Below are positions 27,446 to 36,821 of a DNA stretch of 64,000 bases, one piece after another. A model generated the notes under the pieces. It did not search any database. It worked only from the letters and a program-made list of their open reading frames with translations, and was not told the origin of the DNA. The DNA is taken from contig JBBPYK010000088.1 in assembly GCA_038199985.1 (NCBI GenBank), positions 9,555-73,554 on the forward strand, read 5' to 3'. Every line of letters begins with the position of its first letter. Position 1 is the stretch's first letter. The stretch is from Actinomycetales bacterium. Its GTDB lineage: Bacteria; Actinomycetota; Actinomycetes; Actinomycetales; Micrococcaceae. The position numbers and the translations under genes are program-made.

Positions 27446-28291
27446 CTAGCCCTTGACGGCGCCCTGGGTCAGGCCGGAAACGATTTGGCGCTGGAACAGC
27501 AGGACCAGCAGGATGATTGGAATGGTGACGATGATCGCGGCGGCCGAGATGGCGCCGGTGGGGGCCTGAAACTGGGACGCCCCGGTGAAGAACGCCAGTG
27601 CCGCCGGAACTGGGCGGGCTGCTTCCGTTGACGTCAACGAGATTCCGTAGACAAAGTCATTCCATGCGATGAAGAACGCGATGATCGCTGTCGTGAACAC
27701 TCCCGGAGCTGCCAGGGGAATGATGGCCTTGCGGAAGGCTTGCCACGTCGTCGCGCCGTCCACCTGCGCTGCCTGCTCGAGTTCCCACGGGATCTGTTTG
27801 AAGAATGCTGTCAGGGTCCAGATCGAAATGGGAAGTGTCAGCGAAAGGTAGGGGATGATCAGACCAAGCCAGGTGTCGTACAGACCGATAGTCCGCCAGA
27901 CGTTGAACAGCGGAGTCACGATCGATATGACCGGGAAGATGGACACAGCCAGTGCGGTGGTCAGCACCAGTTTTTTACCCGGGAAGTCGAGACGGGCAAT
28001 TGCGTACGCACAGAGAGTGGCCAGTACAACGGCGATCGCTGTTGCGATGAGCGAAATCCCAATAGAGTTCCGCAGCGAAGTGAGGAACAGGTCCTGCGCA
28101 GAACCGACGAGAATCTGTTCGTAGTTTTGTCCAGTCCAGTTCGTGGGCAGGAACTTGCCAGAGGTCAGATCGCTTGGCGCCTTGAACGACGTCGCGAAGA
28201 TGGACGCGACCGGAAACAGTGCGTATACCAGCACGAAGACGCTGATGAGCGCCCACCACAGTTTTTCGCGGCCCGACGATTTCCTCATCAC
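27446..28291 (-). CDS. sugB: carbohydrate ABC transporter permease (SugB/MalG-like)
   Basis: EAA-loop region ELEQAAQVDGATTWQAFRKAIIPLAAPG; six TM helices. Confidence 0.8.
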   Translation of the reverse strand: MMRKSSGREKLWWALISVFVLVYALFPVASIFATSFKAPSDLTSGKFLPTNWTGQNYEQILVGSAQDLFLTSLRNSIGISLIATAIAVVLATLCAYAIARLDFPGKKLVLTTALAVSIFPVISIVTPLFNVWRTIGLYDTWLGLIIPYLSLTLPISIWTLTAFFKQIPWELEQAAQVDGATTWQAFRKAIIPLAAPGVFTTAIIAFFIAWNDFVYGISLTSTEAARPVPAALAFFTGASQFQAPTGAISAAAIIVTIPIILLVLLFQRQIVSGLTQGAVKG

Positions 28292-29250
28292 TTACCTCCC
28301 TGTGAACCGGCCAGATCGACCTTGAAACCTTTGACCGCTATGAAACTGATGATCAGGACACAAATGAAGAGCAAGACCGATATTGCGGAGCCGAGCCCGA
28401 TCTCCAGCCGTGTGATCGACGTTCGGTAAGCCAGCAGCGAGAGGACTTCGGTGCCGTGTGCTCCGTTGGTCATGATGAATACGTTGTCGAAAATTCGGAA
28501 GGCATCCAGCGCGCGGAAGAGGACGGCGACCATGATGGCTGCCTTCATATTGGGGATGATGACTTTGCGCATCCGCTCCCACCAACTGGCGCCGTCTACC
28601 TCTGCTGCTTCCGTGAGCTCGCCGGGTACCTGCGCCAGGCCTGCCAGAAGCAGCAGCGAGATGAACGGCGTCGTCTTCCAGATTTCTGAGGCCATGATGA
28701 CAAACAGTGAGGGCCAGAATTCGGCAAACCAGTTGAGATCTTGATCGATGCCCGGCAGCCATCCGAACCAGCTGTTGACGTAGCCGGAGTTGATGTCGAA
28801 CGCATAGAACCAGGCGTAGGCCGAGACCACGGTAATGATGCCGTAGGGAACCAGAATCGCGGTCCTCAGTAACCCACGGAGGGACTTGATCGCTTTGTTC
28901 ATGACGATCGCCAGGGCGAATCCGAGCACAAGTTCGACGGCGACGGTGATGATGGTGATGATGACGGTGACGCCGAAGTCCCTCCACCAAACGGAGTCTC
29001 CGAGCACTGTCACGTAGTTAGCGAACCAGACGAACTCACGTTCATCTGGGGCCGTTAGACGGAAGGCAAAGAGGGAATCGAAGAACGCTTGGAGGATCGG
29101 GTACAGCGTCACCAAGAGCATCATGACGAATGCAGGTCCCGCCAGAAGCCAGCCCAGTCGCTTCTCCGACTTGGCACGTTCGCTGACGTACTTTTTCTGT
29201 TTACGGTGCTGGCCCGGATGCGTCTGATCGGTGGCCGTTTGGTGACTCAC
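28288..29250 (-). CDS. sugA: carbohydrate ABC transporter permease (SugA/MalF-like)
   Basis: EAA loop ELTEAAEVDGASWWERMRKVIIPNM; 4-nt overlaps on both sides. Confidence 0.8.
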   Translation of the reverse strand: MSHQTATDQTHPGQHRKQKKYVSERAKSEKRLGWLLAGPAFVMMLLVTLYPILQAFFDSLFAFRLTAPDEREFVWFANYVTVLGDSVWWRDFGVTVIITIITVAVELVLGFALAIVMNKAIKSLRGLLRTAILVPYGIITVVSAYAWFYAFDINSGYVNSWFGWLPGIDQDLNWFAEFWPSLFVIMASEIWKTTPFISLLLLAGLAQVPGELTEAAEVDGASWWERMRKVIIPNMKAAIMVAVLFRALDAFRIFDNVFIMTNGAHGTEVLSLLAYRTSITRLEIGLGSAISVLLFICVLIISFIAVKGFKVDLAGSQGGK

Positions 29251-30566
29251 AGCAGTTTCTCCCCTCTGAGAACTGCAGTGATGAAGTCCTCGGACTGTGC
29301 GGGCGTGGTCTCGGGCTCAACCTCTCCGGGCGGGGTCCAGGTTTGTTGGATTCCTGTGGAGATCTCGTTGTAGTAAGGAGTCTGTGGACGGGGGGCCGCC
29401 AGTTCAAGCGAGTCCCGGATAGTTGGCGCCATGGGGAACTGTTTCTCAACGCGAGGGTCTTTGTAGGCCTCAACGTTCGACGGCGCGTTGCCGTTGGTGA
29501 CGAAATATGTTGCCTGATTTTCCGGCTGCACGATGCATTCGATCGCCTTGTAGGCGAGCTCCACATTGTCGCTCTCCGCACCAACCGCCAGGTTAATTCC
29601 ACCCAGCGGGGGCGCGGTGTCCTCGCCTTCTATGGTTCGGGGGTAGAGCGCCCAACCGATGTCGTCCAGAACGGATTGTTCTAGGGTGCCCGCTTCAACG
29701 GCGGCTTTGGTCGCTGGCCAGACGAAGGGGTAATTGACCATGAATGACCCCTTGTCCGACTGGAACTGGATCATCGAATCGTTTTCGGTGGATGTTGCCA
29801 ATCCCGGTCCGCCCAAACCTTCATCGCCGATGGTGCCGATGATCTCTGCGGCGCTGTGCCCGGCATCCGACGTCAGACCCAGTTCAAGTTCGTTTGCGGG
29901 GGCCTCCGGATTCTTGAGGATTTCCCCACCCGAGGATTCGATCAGGGCGTTGACCCAAACCGTCATGGATTCGGCCTGCGCTCCTTGGACGCCCAAGTAT
30001 TTATCCTGTTCCATGGCTGCGTCCATGATCTGTTTCCAGGTCACGGGGTTACTCATGTCCAGGCCCGCGGCCTCGGCAACGGACTTGCGGTACCAGAGGA
30101 TCTGCGTGTTGGCCCAGAAGGGTACGGCCACGAGTTCGTCTTTCCACATGGCCCCGGCCATCGCGCCCTCAAGAACGTTCTCTGCGCTGCCTTGAGCGAC
30201 GTCTTCGGGCACGGGCGCCAGGAACCCGGGCTCGGCAAGTTCTGGAATGAATGGAGGATCGATACTCATGATGTCCAGTGACGCGTCCCCGGCCGCGAGG
30301 CGCCGCGCGAGTTGCTCACGTTGCGCAGCGGCGTCGCTGGGAAGCAACGACGTCTCGATGCGATATTCTCCGCCGGACTCCTCGGTGCACTTCTCTGCGA
30401 TAGCGGCTTGGCCGCCGTCGTCCGGGTTGATGTACCAAGTGAGTGTATTGTCCGCCTGTGCCGGCCCGCAGCCGGAGAGAACGAGGCTGCTGGCGATCAG
30501 GGTGAACATGGTAGCGGTGACGCGTTTGCGTGCCGATTTCCCCGCTGGTTGGTTCGGCTTTTCCAC
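29247..30566 (-). CDS. lpqY: extracellular solute-binding lipoprotein, LpqY-like (putative trehalose-binding)
   Basis: Lipobox LVLSGCG. The blocks QREQLARRLAAGD.SLDIMSID, ANTQILWYRKS, VNYPFVWPA, GGINLAVG and APRPQTPYYNEIS parallel my recollection of mycobacterial LpqY. The gene order lpqY-sugA-sugB-sugC is the same. Confidence 0.65.
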   Translation of the reverse strand: MEKPNQPAGKSARKRVTATMFTLIASSLVLSGCGPAQADNTLTWYINPDDGGQAAIAEKCTEESGGEYRIETSLLPSDAAAQREQLARRLAAGDASLDIMSIDPPFIPELAEPGFLAPVPEDVAQGSAENVLEGAMAGAMWKDELVAVPFWANTQILWYRKSVAEAAGLDMSNPVTWKQIMDAAMEQDKYLGVQGAQAESMTVWVNALIESSGGEILKNPEAPANELELGLTSDAGHSAAEIIGTIGDEGLGGPGLATSTENDSMIQFQSDKGSFMVNYPFVWPATKAAVEAGTLEQSVLDDIGWALYPRTIEGEDTAPPLGGINLAVGAESDNVELAYKAIECIVQPENQATYFVTNGNAPSNVEAYKDPRVEKQFPMAPTIRDSLELAAPRPQTPYYNEISTGIQQTWTPPGEVEPETTPAQSEDFITAVLRGEKLL

Positions 30567-30817
30567 TGGGCCTCCACACCGTTGTAGACGTTCAGATTCC
30601 GTGACTCAATTGGGTCCCTAAGTACCCTTTGAATCGAACCTTATGCCCAGAAGGGTAACAATGCGAGCACTGAGCTGTGAAGTCTTTTATTGAATGGTGC
30701 AATCGTCGATAAAACCGGAGACGGACGAGAAAGGCAAGGCATTCATCTGGACGAAGCCAGCCGAGGAGATCCAGGAATCACTGGGCCGATTATTGAAACG
30801 AATTAACGGCGCGGGAC

Positions 30818-31321
30818 CTAGTCGTTCATTTGCGCGTAGTGGCGGAAGGGGGATGCGGGATCCGGGTGGTGCCCCTGGCCCATGGGTAGGGCGCGGTCGG
30901 CTGGATTCTTGGGGAATTCGGCATAGAACGTTGTCAGTGTCATGTACTTGTTACCGTCCTCGTAGTGCTCGGCTTCCTCCTCGCGCGTGGCCGCGAAGAT
31001 TACGGCACGGGGCGCCGCATAGTACAGCGCGCCCAGACACATGGGGCAGGGATGCGCGGTGATGTAGACCTCGTATTCGCTGAGGTCGTTCAGCCCTTGT
31101 TCGGCGGCGAGGCGCAGCGCCTGAATTTCCGCGTGTGCCGTGACATCTCCTGTCTGCGCCACCTGGTTGGTCGCTTCGATGACCACGTTTCCTTGATGCA
31201 CGAGGAGGCAGGCGAACGGCTTGCCTCCGGCATCGACGTTCTCGCGTGCCAGATCAACTGAGCGCTGCACGAAGCGGGTTTCAGCATTTATTTGGGGCTT
31301 GTGAGTGTCCATGGACAACAC
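30818..31321 (-). CDS. nucleoside/nucleotide deaminase, CDA fold (guanine-deaminase/TadA-like)
   Basis: Zinc motifs HAEIQALRLA and PCPMCLGALYYA. Confidence 0.8.
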   Translation of the reverse strand: MLSMDTHKPQINAETRFVQRSVDLARENVDAGGKPFACLLVHQGNVVIEATNQVAQTGDVTAHAEIQALRLAAEQGLNDLSEYEVYITAHPCPMCLGALYYAAPRAVIFAATREEEAEHYEDGNKYMTLTTFYAEFPKNPADRALPMGQGHHPDPASPFRHYAQMND

Positions 31322-31364
31322 CTTATAGCCCTAATGCGCGATGATGCCGGGCATGCAGGCGCCG

Positions 31365-31793
31365 TTAGTTGACCGAAATGTTGTCCAGCGCATGAGGCGG
31401 TCGCTGTAAGTCTTCCATTTTCGATTCCGCTGGGTCGGTCCCTAGCGCAATGATGGTGTTGTCCGGCCGGACATGAACCACCGTGGGCACGTAGGCTCGG
31501 GCTTCCTCGGTGGTCATGTCCCCATAGGTGATGAGGATGACGGTGTCTCCCTCATGAACCAGATGCGCCGCTGGACCGTTGATGCCGATGACGCCGGAGC
31601 CGCGCTCACCAGCGATGGTGTAGGTTTCCAGACGTGCACCGTTGGTGACATCTACAATCGACACAAGTTCGCCGGGGAGGATGTCAGCGGCTTCGAGCAG
31701 GTCGAGGTCAACCGTCACCGAGCCGACATAGTGAAGGTCAGCTTGCGTGACAGTTGCGCGGTGGATCTTGGACTTAAACATTTTGCGAATCAT
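31365..31793 (-). CDS. panD: aspartate 1-decarboxylase
   Basis: [29 protein letters not shown] (the G-S self-cleavage site is present). ATG at 31793 is preferred to the ORF-track 31844. Confidence 0.93.
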   Translation of the reverse strand: MIRKMFKSKIHRATVTQADLHYVGSVTVDLDLLEAADILPGELVSIVDVTNGARLETYTIAGERGSGVIGINGPAAHLVHEGDTVILITYGDMTTEEARAYVPTVVHVRPDNTIIALGTDPAESKMEDLQRPPHALDNISVN

Positions 31794-31878
31794 CACATGC
31801 AAGTCTACCGTCCAGGGCATTTGGTGGCGATGTGAGTCTGCCAACGGTGACTTACTTCAGAAACTACACTGGAGCGTT

Positions 31879-32697
31879 ATGACCTCTGAACCCGAGACCC
31901 GTGCGCGTCCTGCGCTGGGGTTGTCCGTCACCGGCGTCGTTATGGCTCTGCTGAGCCTGCCCCTCACCGGCATGTTTCTGGTGCGGTTGGAGAGCTGGAA
32001 TAGCGCGACGGCGGCGTGCCGTGAATGTGCTCCAGAACTGTTCCGACAGCACCTGACGGAGATCATCGTCATCGCAGTATTGCCGCTACTGGCCGTTATC
32101 GTCGGTGTTGTCGCATTGGTTCCGCGAGGGGATCGTGGTTGGTCGCGATTGTCCCTGAGCCTGGCTGGGACCGCAGTGTTGCTTGGTTTGGCCTGCATTG
32201 CCGTGCTCGCGTCGACTGGCGTTGCGCCGCTTCAACGCCAGGCAGACGATGTCGACAGGTCTAAACAGGCGGCGACGGTGGAAGAGACGTCACGGACTCC
32301 TGCTCAGTTGAGACACGATATGGAGATGCTGGTCCGTGGATCCTTGGCGTCGCTACAACCCGCACTGGGCGCTGATGATCCACGACTGTCCGTCCCTGAG
32401 GAAGTGGTGGACACAATCAGTGTGGGGGAGTGCAGGCTCAGTAACCTGGCCGCAGGGCGTAATTACATGTTCCAGTTTGAGCTACCGGCCGGTGACGCAG
32501 CCGAAGAAGCCAGCCGCGCGCTTCAGCAATCCTGGATAGACGGGGGCTACGTGCGCAGCGGGCCCAGCGAGGGCGGAGATGTGCTGCTCAACGGTAACGG
32601 CACGCTTCCCGCCAGGTATTTGACGGTCAATAACGACGGTGGTTCGGGCCGACTGCTGGTATCGATCGACAGCGTATGTGTGAAGGCCCTCAACTAG
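31879..32697 (+). CDS. hypothetical membrane protein
   Basis: MTSEPETRARP... followed by three predicted TM helices and a roughly 150-aa C-terminal domain. ATG at 31879 follows GGAG. The ORF-track start at 31747 would overlap panD. Confidence 0.55.
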   Translation: MTSEPETRARPALGLSVTGVVMALLSLPLTGMFLVRLESWNSATAACRECAPELFRQHLTEIIVIAVLPLLAVIVGVVALVPRGDRGWSRLSLSLAGTAVLLGLACIAVLASTGVAPLQRQADDVDRSKQAATVEETSRTPAQLRHDMEMLVRGSLASLQPALGADDPRLSVPEEVVDTISVGECRLSNLAAGRNYMFQFELPAGDAAEEASRALQQSWIDGGYVRSGPSEGGDVLLNGNGTLPARYLTVNNDGGSGRLLVSIDSVCVKALN

Positions 32698-32706
32698 GGG
32701 CCGGAC

Positions 32707-32780
32707 TGGAGCGGGCGACGGGAATCGAACCCGCGTATCGAGCTTGGGAAGCTAGCGCTCTACCATTGAGCTACGCCCGC
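32707..32780 (-). tRNA. tRNA-Gly (anticodon CCC), CCA encoded
   Basis: The reverse complement is GCGGGCGTAGCTCAATGGTAGAGCGCTAGCTTCCCAAGCTCGATACGCGGGTTCGATTCCCGTCGCCCGCTCCA. It folds as a cloverleaf with anticodon loop TTCCCAA and T-loop GGTTCGATTCC. Confidence 0.93.
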
Positions 32781-32880
32781 AAAACAACGAGATTAAGCCT
32801 ACCCCACGCGCGGTCGCTGTCAGAACCGCCACCCCCGGCGAGGCATCAATCAAAGACGTGCACGCAGGCCGACGACGGCA

Positions 32881-33135
32881 CTATCGCTGGTTCTTCGCCA
32901 CATCGAAAAGTTCCTGCCAGGCGGGCGTGACGGCGTGTTCGTTGACTTCGGCGGTCAGATCACCGAGTGAAACTGTGTAGGAAAACGAGTCGCTCGCTGC
33001 GTCTACTGACTCGCCGCTACCGGCGTCGCTTTTCATCAGGATCAGCCACCGTTCGGCCTCGCAGTCTGGGAGATTGACCTCCCATGTTCGCGTCATTCCG
33101 GCGAATCCGCCACTGCGGATTACACAGAGTTTCAT
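32881..33135 (-). CDS. putative protealysin inhibitor, emfourin-like
   Basis: 84 aa. It overlaps the M4 protease stop by 4 nt. The N-terminal VIRSGGFAGMTRTWEV resembles the emfourin-family beta-hairpin motif as I recall it. Confidence 0.55.
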   Translation of the reverse strand: MKLCVIRSGGFAGMTRTWEVNLPDCEAERWLILMKSDAGSGESVDAASDSFSYTVSLGDLTAEVNEHAVTPAWQELFDVAKNQR

Positions 33136-34181
33136 GGCAGGACTCCCGTCTCCCGCCAGGCATACGCGGTGGCTGTCGCCTCAGGGGACTCTGCCCCAAA
33201 CTGTGTTGTGGCGGTTGCCAGGGTCAACGACGCGAACTCGGCGAAGGTGTAGGTGGCCGTGATCTGACCGCTGATGATGGCGTGATACCAGATCCTGCCC
33301 GCTCTTTCCCAGGCAAAGCCGCCGAGGGAGGCCGCGCAAAGGTAGAACGCGCGATTGGGTATGCCTGAGTTGATGTGGACGCCACCACGGTCCTGCGTCG
33401 TGTCTACGTAGGAGTCCATGGAGCCCGGTTGTGGGTCCTTACCCAAGATGTCATCGTCGTACGCGGTTCCGGGGGCCTTGAGGGAGCGCAGCGCCTGGCC
33501 CTGAACCTGGTCTGTGAAGAGCCCGGCTCCAACCAGCCAAGAAGCGGACTCGACGTCCTGGTTCAGCAGATGCTGTTCAACGAGGACGCCGAATATATCG
33601 GCCACAGATTCCTGCAGAGCTCCGGGTTGCCCCTGATATTCCAAGGGTGCTTCGGCCAGAACGAATCCGTGGGCCAGCTCGTGACCGATGACAGTGACAG
33701 ATCGGGTAAACCGAGTGAACACCTCACCGTCGCCGTCGCCGAACACCATGCGGGCTCCATTCCAGAAGGCGTTGTCGTAGCCATCGCCATAGTGGACCGT
33801 TGCCGCGAGCGTTCCGCCCGAACCGTCAATTGAGGACCGGTCAAAGACATTGTGGAACAGGGCGTACGTGTGGCCAAGACCGTCGTACGCTTCGTCGACG
33901 GCAGCGTCACCGGTAGCTGGCTGCCCTTCGTGGCGCACCGGCTCACCGGGGAGGACTTCGCGGCTACCGGCGTCGGAGATAGTGCGGTTCAACCCCGAAC
34001 GGACAGGCGAGGGGAAGTCGAGAACTCCCTGAACCCTGACCTGTTGCACAGCATCGATATGCTCAAGCGTCCGGGCTGCAGCGGACGACGCGCGGGTAAA
34101 GTCCGGCGTCGGGAGCCCCGCCAACCGGGTCAGCAGATAAGGCGGAATGATGGAACATGAATGGTGGGTCAGCGGTTCCAT
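33132..34181 (-). CDS. M4 family metallopeptidase, protealysin-like (no signal peptide)
   Basis: HELAHG zinc motif (VIGHELAHGF), ESVADIFG, GGVHINSGIPNRAFY, and an N-terminal CSIIPPYLL propeptide motif typical of protealysin-like proteases. Confidence 0.9.
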   Translation of the reverse strand: MEPLTHHSCSIIPPYLLTRLAGLPTPDFTRASSAAARTLEHIDAVQQVRVQGVLDFPSPVRSGLNRTISDAGSREVLPGEPVRHEGQPATGDAAVDEAYDGLGHTYALFHNVFDRSSIDGSGGTLAATVHYGDGYDNAFWNGARMVFGDGDGEVFTRFTRSVTVIGHELAHGFVLAEAPLEYQGQPGALQESVADIFGVLVEQHLLNQDVESASWLVGAGLFTDQVQGQALRSLKAPGTAYDDDILGKDPQPGSMDSYVDTTQDRGGVHINSGIPNRAFYLCAASLGGFAWERAGRIWYHAIISGQITATYTFAEFASLTLATATTQFGAESPEATATAYAWRETGVLP

Positions 34182-34205
34182 CTTTCCTCCCGAAAAACTG
34201 TGCTT

Positions 34206-34676
34206 CTAGCGGTTTTCGTCCTCATCAGGTGCTGTTTCATCTTCGTCCGGCTTCTCGGTCTGCGCCGCGAATGCCGCGTTGATCTGCGCGACCGCTTCCG
34301 CACCGAGTTCAATGCCAGGCGTGATGCCGGGGTTGATAGCCATCCCATAGCCGGGCTGGATGCTGCGGATGGTCGCTTGCCCTGCGTTTGAGATCGCGAA
34401 AGGTGCCACGTCACGCAGCTGGGTGGGGATGTGCTTGGGGTCGCTAAACGTGACGACAATTTTCTCATCGCTGTCCGGTGCGGTCAGGCTGAGTGCTTGG
34501 AACGTGGACGCATCGTTTTCGTCTTCCATCCGGCCAACGCTGATCAGCGCGGAGTTCCAGATGACCTCCAAGACTTCCTGATTGGTCATGCGTCCCTCGT
34601 GACCAGCGATGATGGCCTGGTCAATGGGGTTCTCCGAAATTGTTGATTCGTCGGTGGAAGGCGTTTCTTCGGTCAT
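34206..34676 (-). CDS. SseB family protein (paralog 1)
   Basis: ...VLEVIWNSALISVGR...EKIVVTFSDPKHIPTQL...GYGMAINPG is an SseB N-terminal-domain-like pattern. ATG at 34676 follows AAGGAGA. Confidence 0.55.
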   Translation of the reverse strand: MTEETPSTDESTISENPIDQAIIAGHEGRMTNQEVLEVIWNSALISVGRMEDENDASTFQALSLTAPDSDEKIVVTFSDPKHIPTQLRDVAPFAISNAGQATIRSIQPGYGMAINPGITPGIELGAEAVAQINAAFAAQTEKPDEDETAPDEDENR

Positions 34677-34729
34677 TCGGCCGTTCTCCTTGTGGTGCAT
34701 ATTTGGTTCCGGAAAGTCATGCGCATCCC

Positions 34730-35200
34730 TTAGGTTCCGGGGGTCTCGGGCCCGGCTTCGGATGCTACGGCGCTGGGCGAATCGTCAGTTGGTTGGAAGT
34801 CGCGCTGGATGTTGGCAACACCTTCTGGATCGATCTCAAAACCAAGCTCGTGACCTGCGTTGATGACCATGCCAGTGTCTTCGCCGAGGCTCTGGATAAC
34901 GGTGGCGCCGGGAATGCCCAATGCATAGGGGGCCACTTCGGCGTAGGTTTCGGGAACGCGTGAGGGGTGGCTGAACACGGCGAGCATCGGGCCGCCCTCC
35001 TTGTTCGTGAGTAGAAGCGGCTCCACCGAATCGGACCCGTCCGCCACTTCTTGTCGGCTGAGCACAAAGATCTCGTTGTTCAACAGCGCAAGGATTACAT
35101 CCACCGGACCTGCGTCTTCGTTCTTACCTTTTGCGAGCTCACGTTCAAGATCGTTGAGCAGGTCGGAGTCGTCGTGGGTCTCAGGAGTTGATTCAGTCAT
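34730..35200 (-). CDS. SseB family protein (paralog 2)
   Basis: VILALLNNEIFVLSR...GGPMLAVFSHPSRVPETY...DTGMVINAGHELGFEID has the same architecture as the downstream paralog. Confidence 0.55.
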   Translation of the reverse strand: MTESTPETHDDSDLLNDLERELAKGKNEDAGPVDVILALLNNEIFVLSRQEVADGSDSVEPLLLTNKEGGPMLAVFSHPSRVPETYAEVAPYALGIPGATVIQSLGEDTGMVINAGHELGFEIDPEGVANIQRDFQPTDDSPSAVASEAGPETPGT

Positions 35201-35332
35201 CTTCCGAGCACATCACACCCCGCTCCCTCGATCAATCCCTGACAAGGGATTCTGCATGCTCTGGACAGCCTTCGATTAATGTTGCGGGGGTAGTGTGGGA
35301 TTCGAAATAAGCCGACAGCACAACGAAGTGAA

Positions 35333-36187
35333 GTGAACGTGGACAAGAACACCCGAAACCTTGAGCAGGGCATCGAGACGAACTTCTCGGACAAGATGGG
35401 CTACGGCTCCTACTTGCATTTGAACCAGGTCCTCACAGCGCAGAAGCCGGTGAGCCGCCCAGAGCACCACGACGAGATGCTGTTCATCATCCAGCACCAA
35501 ACCTCTGAGCTGTGGCTGAAGCTGGTTCTCCATGAGCTCGAAGCGGTACGGGCCAGATTGCAATCGGACGATCTGCGAGCAGCCATGAAGGGCATAGCCC
35601 GCATCAAGCACATCCAGCGGACTCTCACGGAGCAATGGTCCGTTCTGGCCACGCTCACGCCATCGGAGTACATGGAGTTCCGCGGGGAACTGGGTTCCTC
35701 CAGCGGTTTTCAGTCCTACCAGTACCGTGCGGTTGAATTTCTCCTCGGCAACAAAAATATTGGCATGCTCAAGGTGTTTGAAGCTGATCCCGAGGCCCAT
35801 GCTCTGCTGGCTCGGCTCCTCAACGAAACCAGTATCTATGACGAATTCATCCGCTTCATGGCCCGCCGTGGCTACGATGTTCCGGCTGATCTTTTGAACC
35901 GCGACGTGTCTCAAGCCCATGTTTTCCACCCAGGGCTGGTGCAGGTCTACAAGCACGTTTATGAGAACGCGGCCGAGAACTGGGACCTTTACGAGGCGTG
36001 TGAGGAAATGGTGGATCTGGAGGACAATTTCCAGCTGTGGCGCTTCCGTCACATGAAGACCGTTGAGCGGACCATCGGGATGAAGCGAGGAACAGGTGGT
36101 TCGTCCGGCGTCGGCTTCCTGCAGAAGGCGCTCGAACTGACCTTCTTCCCGGAGTTGTTCGCGGTCCGCACCGAGATCGGCCAGTAG
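35333..36187 (+). CDS. kynA: tryptophan 2,3-dioxygenase
   Basis: MGYGSYLHLNQVLTAQ...HDEMLFIIQHQTSELWLKL...FRGELGSSSGFQSYQYR...WRFRHMKTVERTIG. Confidence 0.92.
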   Translation: MNVDKNTRNLEQGIETNFSDKMGYGSYLHLNQVLTAQKPVSRPEHHDEMLFIIQHQTSELWLKLVLHELEAVRARLQSDDLRAAMKGIARIKHIQRTLTEQWSVLATLTPSEYMEFRGELGSSSGFQSYQYRAVEFLLGNKNIGMLKVFEADPEAHALLARLLNETSIYDEFIRFMARRGYDVPADLLNRDVSQAHVFHPGLVQVYKHVYENAAENWDLYEACEEMVDLEDNFQLWRFRHMKTVERTIGMKRGTGGSSGVGFLQKALELTFFPELFAVRTEIGQ

Positions 36188-36221
36188 CCGTGCCCGTGAA
36201 TCGATACGCTAGTTTTGTACT

Positions 36222-36803
36222 GTGCTGATTTCAGACCGAGATATACGAGCCGAGATCGACGCTGGACGGATACAGCTGGATCCCTACGATCCAGCGATGG
36301 TCCAGCCATCCAGCGTGGACATCCGCATCGACCGACTGTTTCGACTCTTCGATAACCATAAGTACGCCCACATCGACCCGTCTCAGGATCAACCGGAGCT
36401 GACTCGCCTCATCGAGGTGGATCCGGGGGAGCCCTTTATCCTGCATCCGGGCGAATTTGTGCTCGGGTCCACGTACGAGGTCGTCACTTTGCCGGACGAC
36501 GTCGCCGCACGGCTGGAGGGTAAGTCCTCGCTGGGTCGGCTGGGACTGCTGACTCATTCCACCGCTGGCTTTATCGACCCCGGATTCTCAGGGCACGTGA
36601 CGCTGGAACTGTCCAATATGGCCACGCTCCCTATCAAGCTCTGGCCTGGGTCAAAGATTGGGCAGCTGTGTTTTTTCCGGCTCACCTCACCCACGGAGAA
36701 TCCGTACGGGTCCGGTAAATACGGGAACCGTTACCAGGGTCAGCGCGGCCCCACGGCGTCGCGCAGTCACCTCAATTTCCACCGCACCGACATTCACCCG
36801 TAA
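36222..36803 (+). CDS. dcd: dCTP deaminase
   Basis: [21 protein letters not shown]...SSVDIRID...[30 protein letters not shown]. Confidence 0.93.
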   Translation: MLISDRDIRAEIDAGRIQLDPYDPAMVQPSSVDIRIDRLFRLFDNHKYAHIDPSQDQPELTRLIEVDPGEPFILHPGEFVLGSTYEVVTLPDDVAARLEGKSSLGRLGLLTHSTAGFIDPGFSGHVTLELSNMATLPIKLWPGSKIGQLCFFRLTSPTENPYGSGKYGNRYQGQRGPTASRSHLNFHRTDIHP

Positions 36804-36821
36804 GTCATTCCTGCCGCAGCC

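Noticed and set aside
28292-28990. 232-aa alternative-frame ORF inside sugA. Similar cases are 40491-41300 inside the MFS gene and 51570-52205 inside pabC.
   Set aside because: These are same-strand out-of-frame ORFs with His/Arg-rich nonsense-like products. The annotated frames carry the family motifs.
32698-32790. tRNA-Gly as an integration hotspot marking a genomic island
   Set aside because: I noticed no integrase and no direct repeat of the tRNA 3' end nearby. The flanking genes have ordinary composition.
34206-35200. SseB-family proteins as evidence for a type III secretion system
   Set aside because: The family name is historical. The window contains no secretion-apparatus genes, and actinobacteria lack T3SS.
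35276-36052. 258-aa ORF on the minus strand
   Set aside because: It is entirely antisense to the clearly recognisable tryptophan 2,3-dioxygenase gene. Long shadow ORFs like this are typical in high-GC DNA, and its product has no recognisable motifs.
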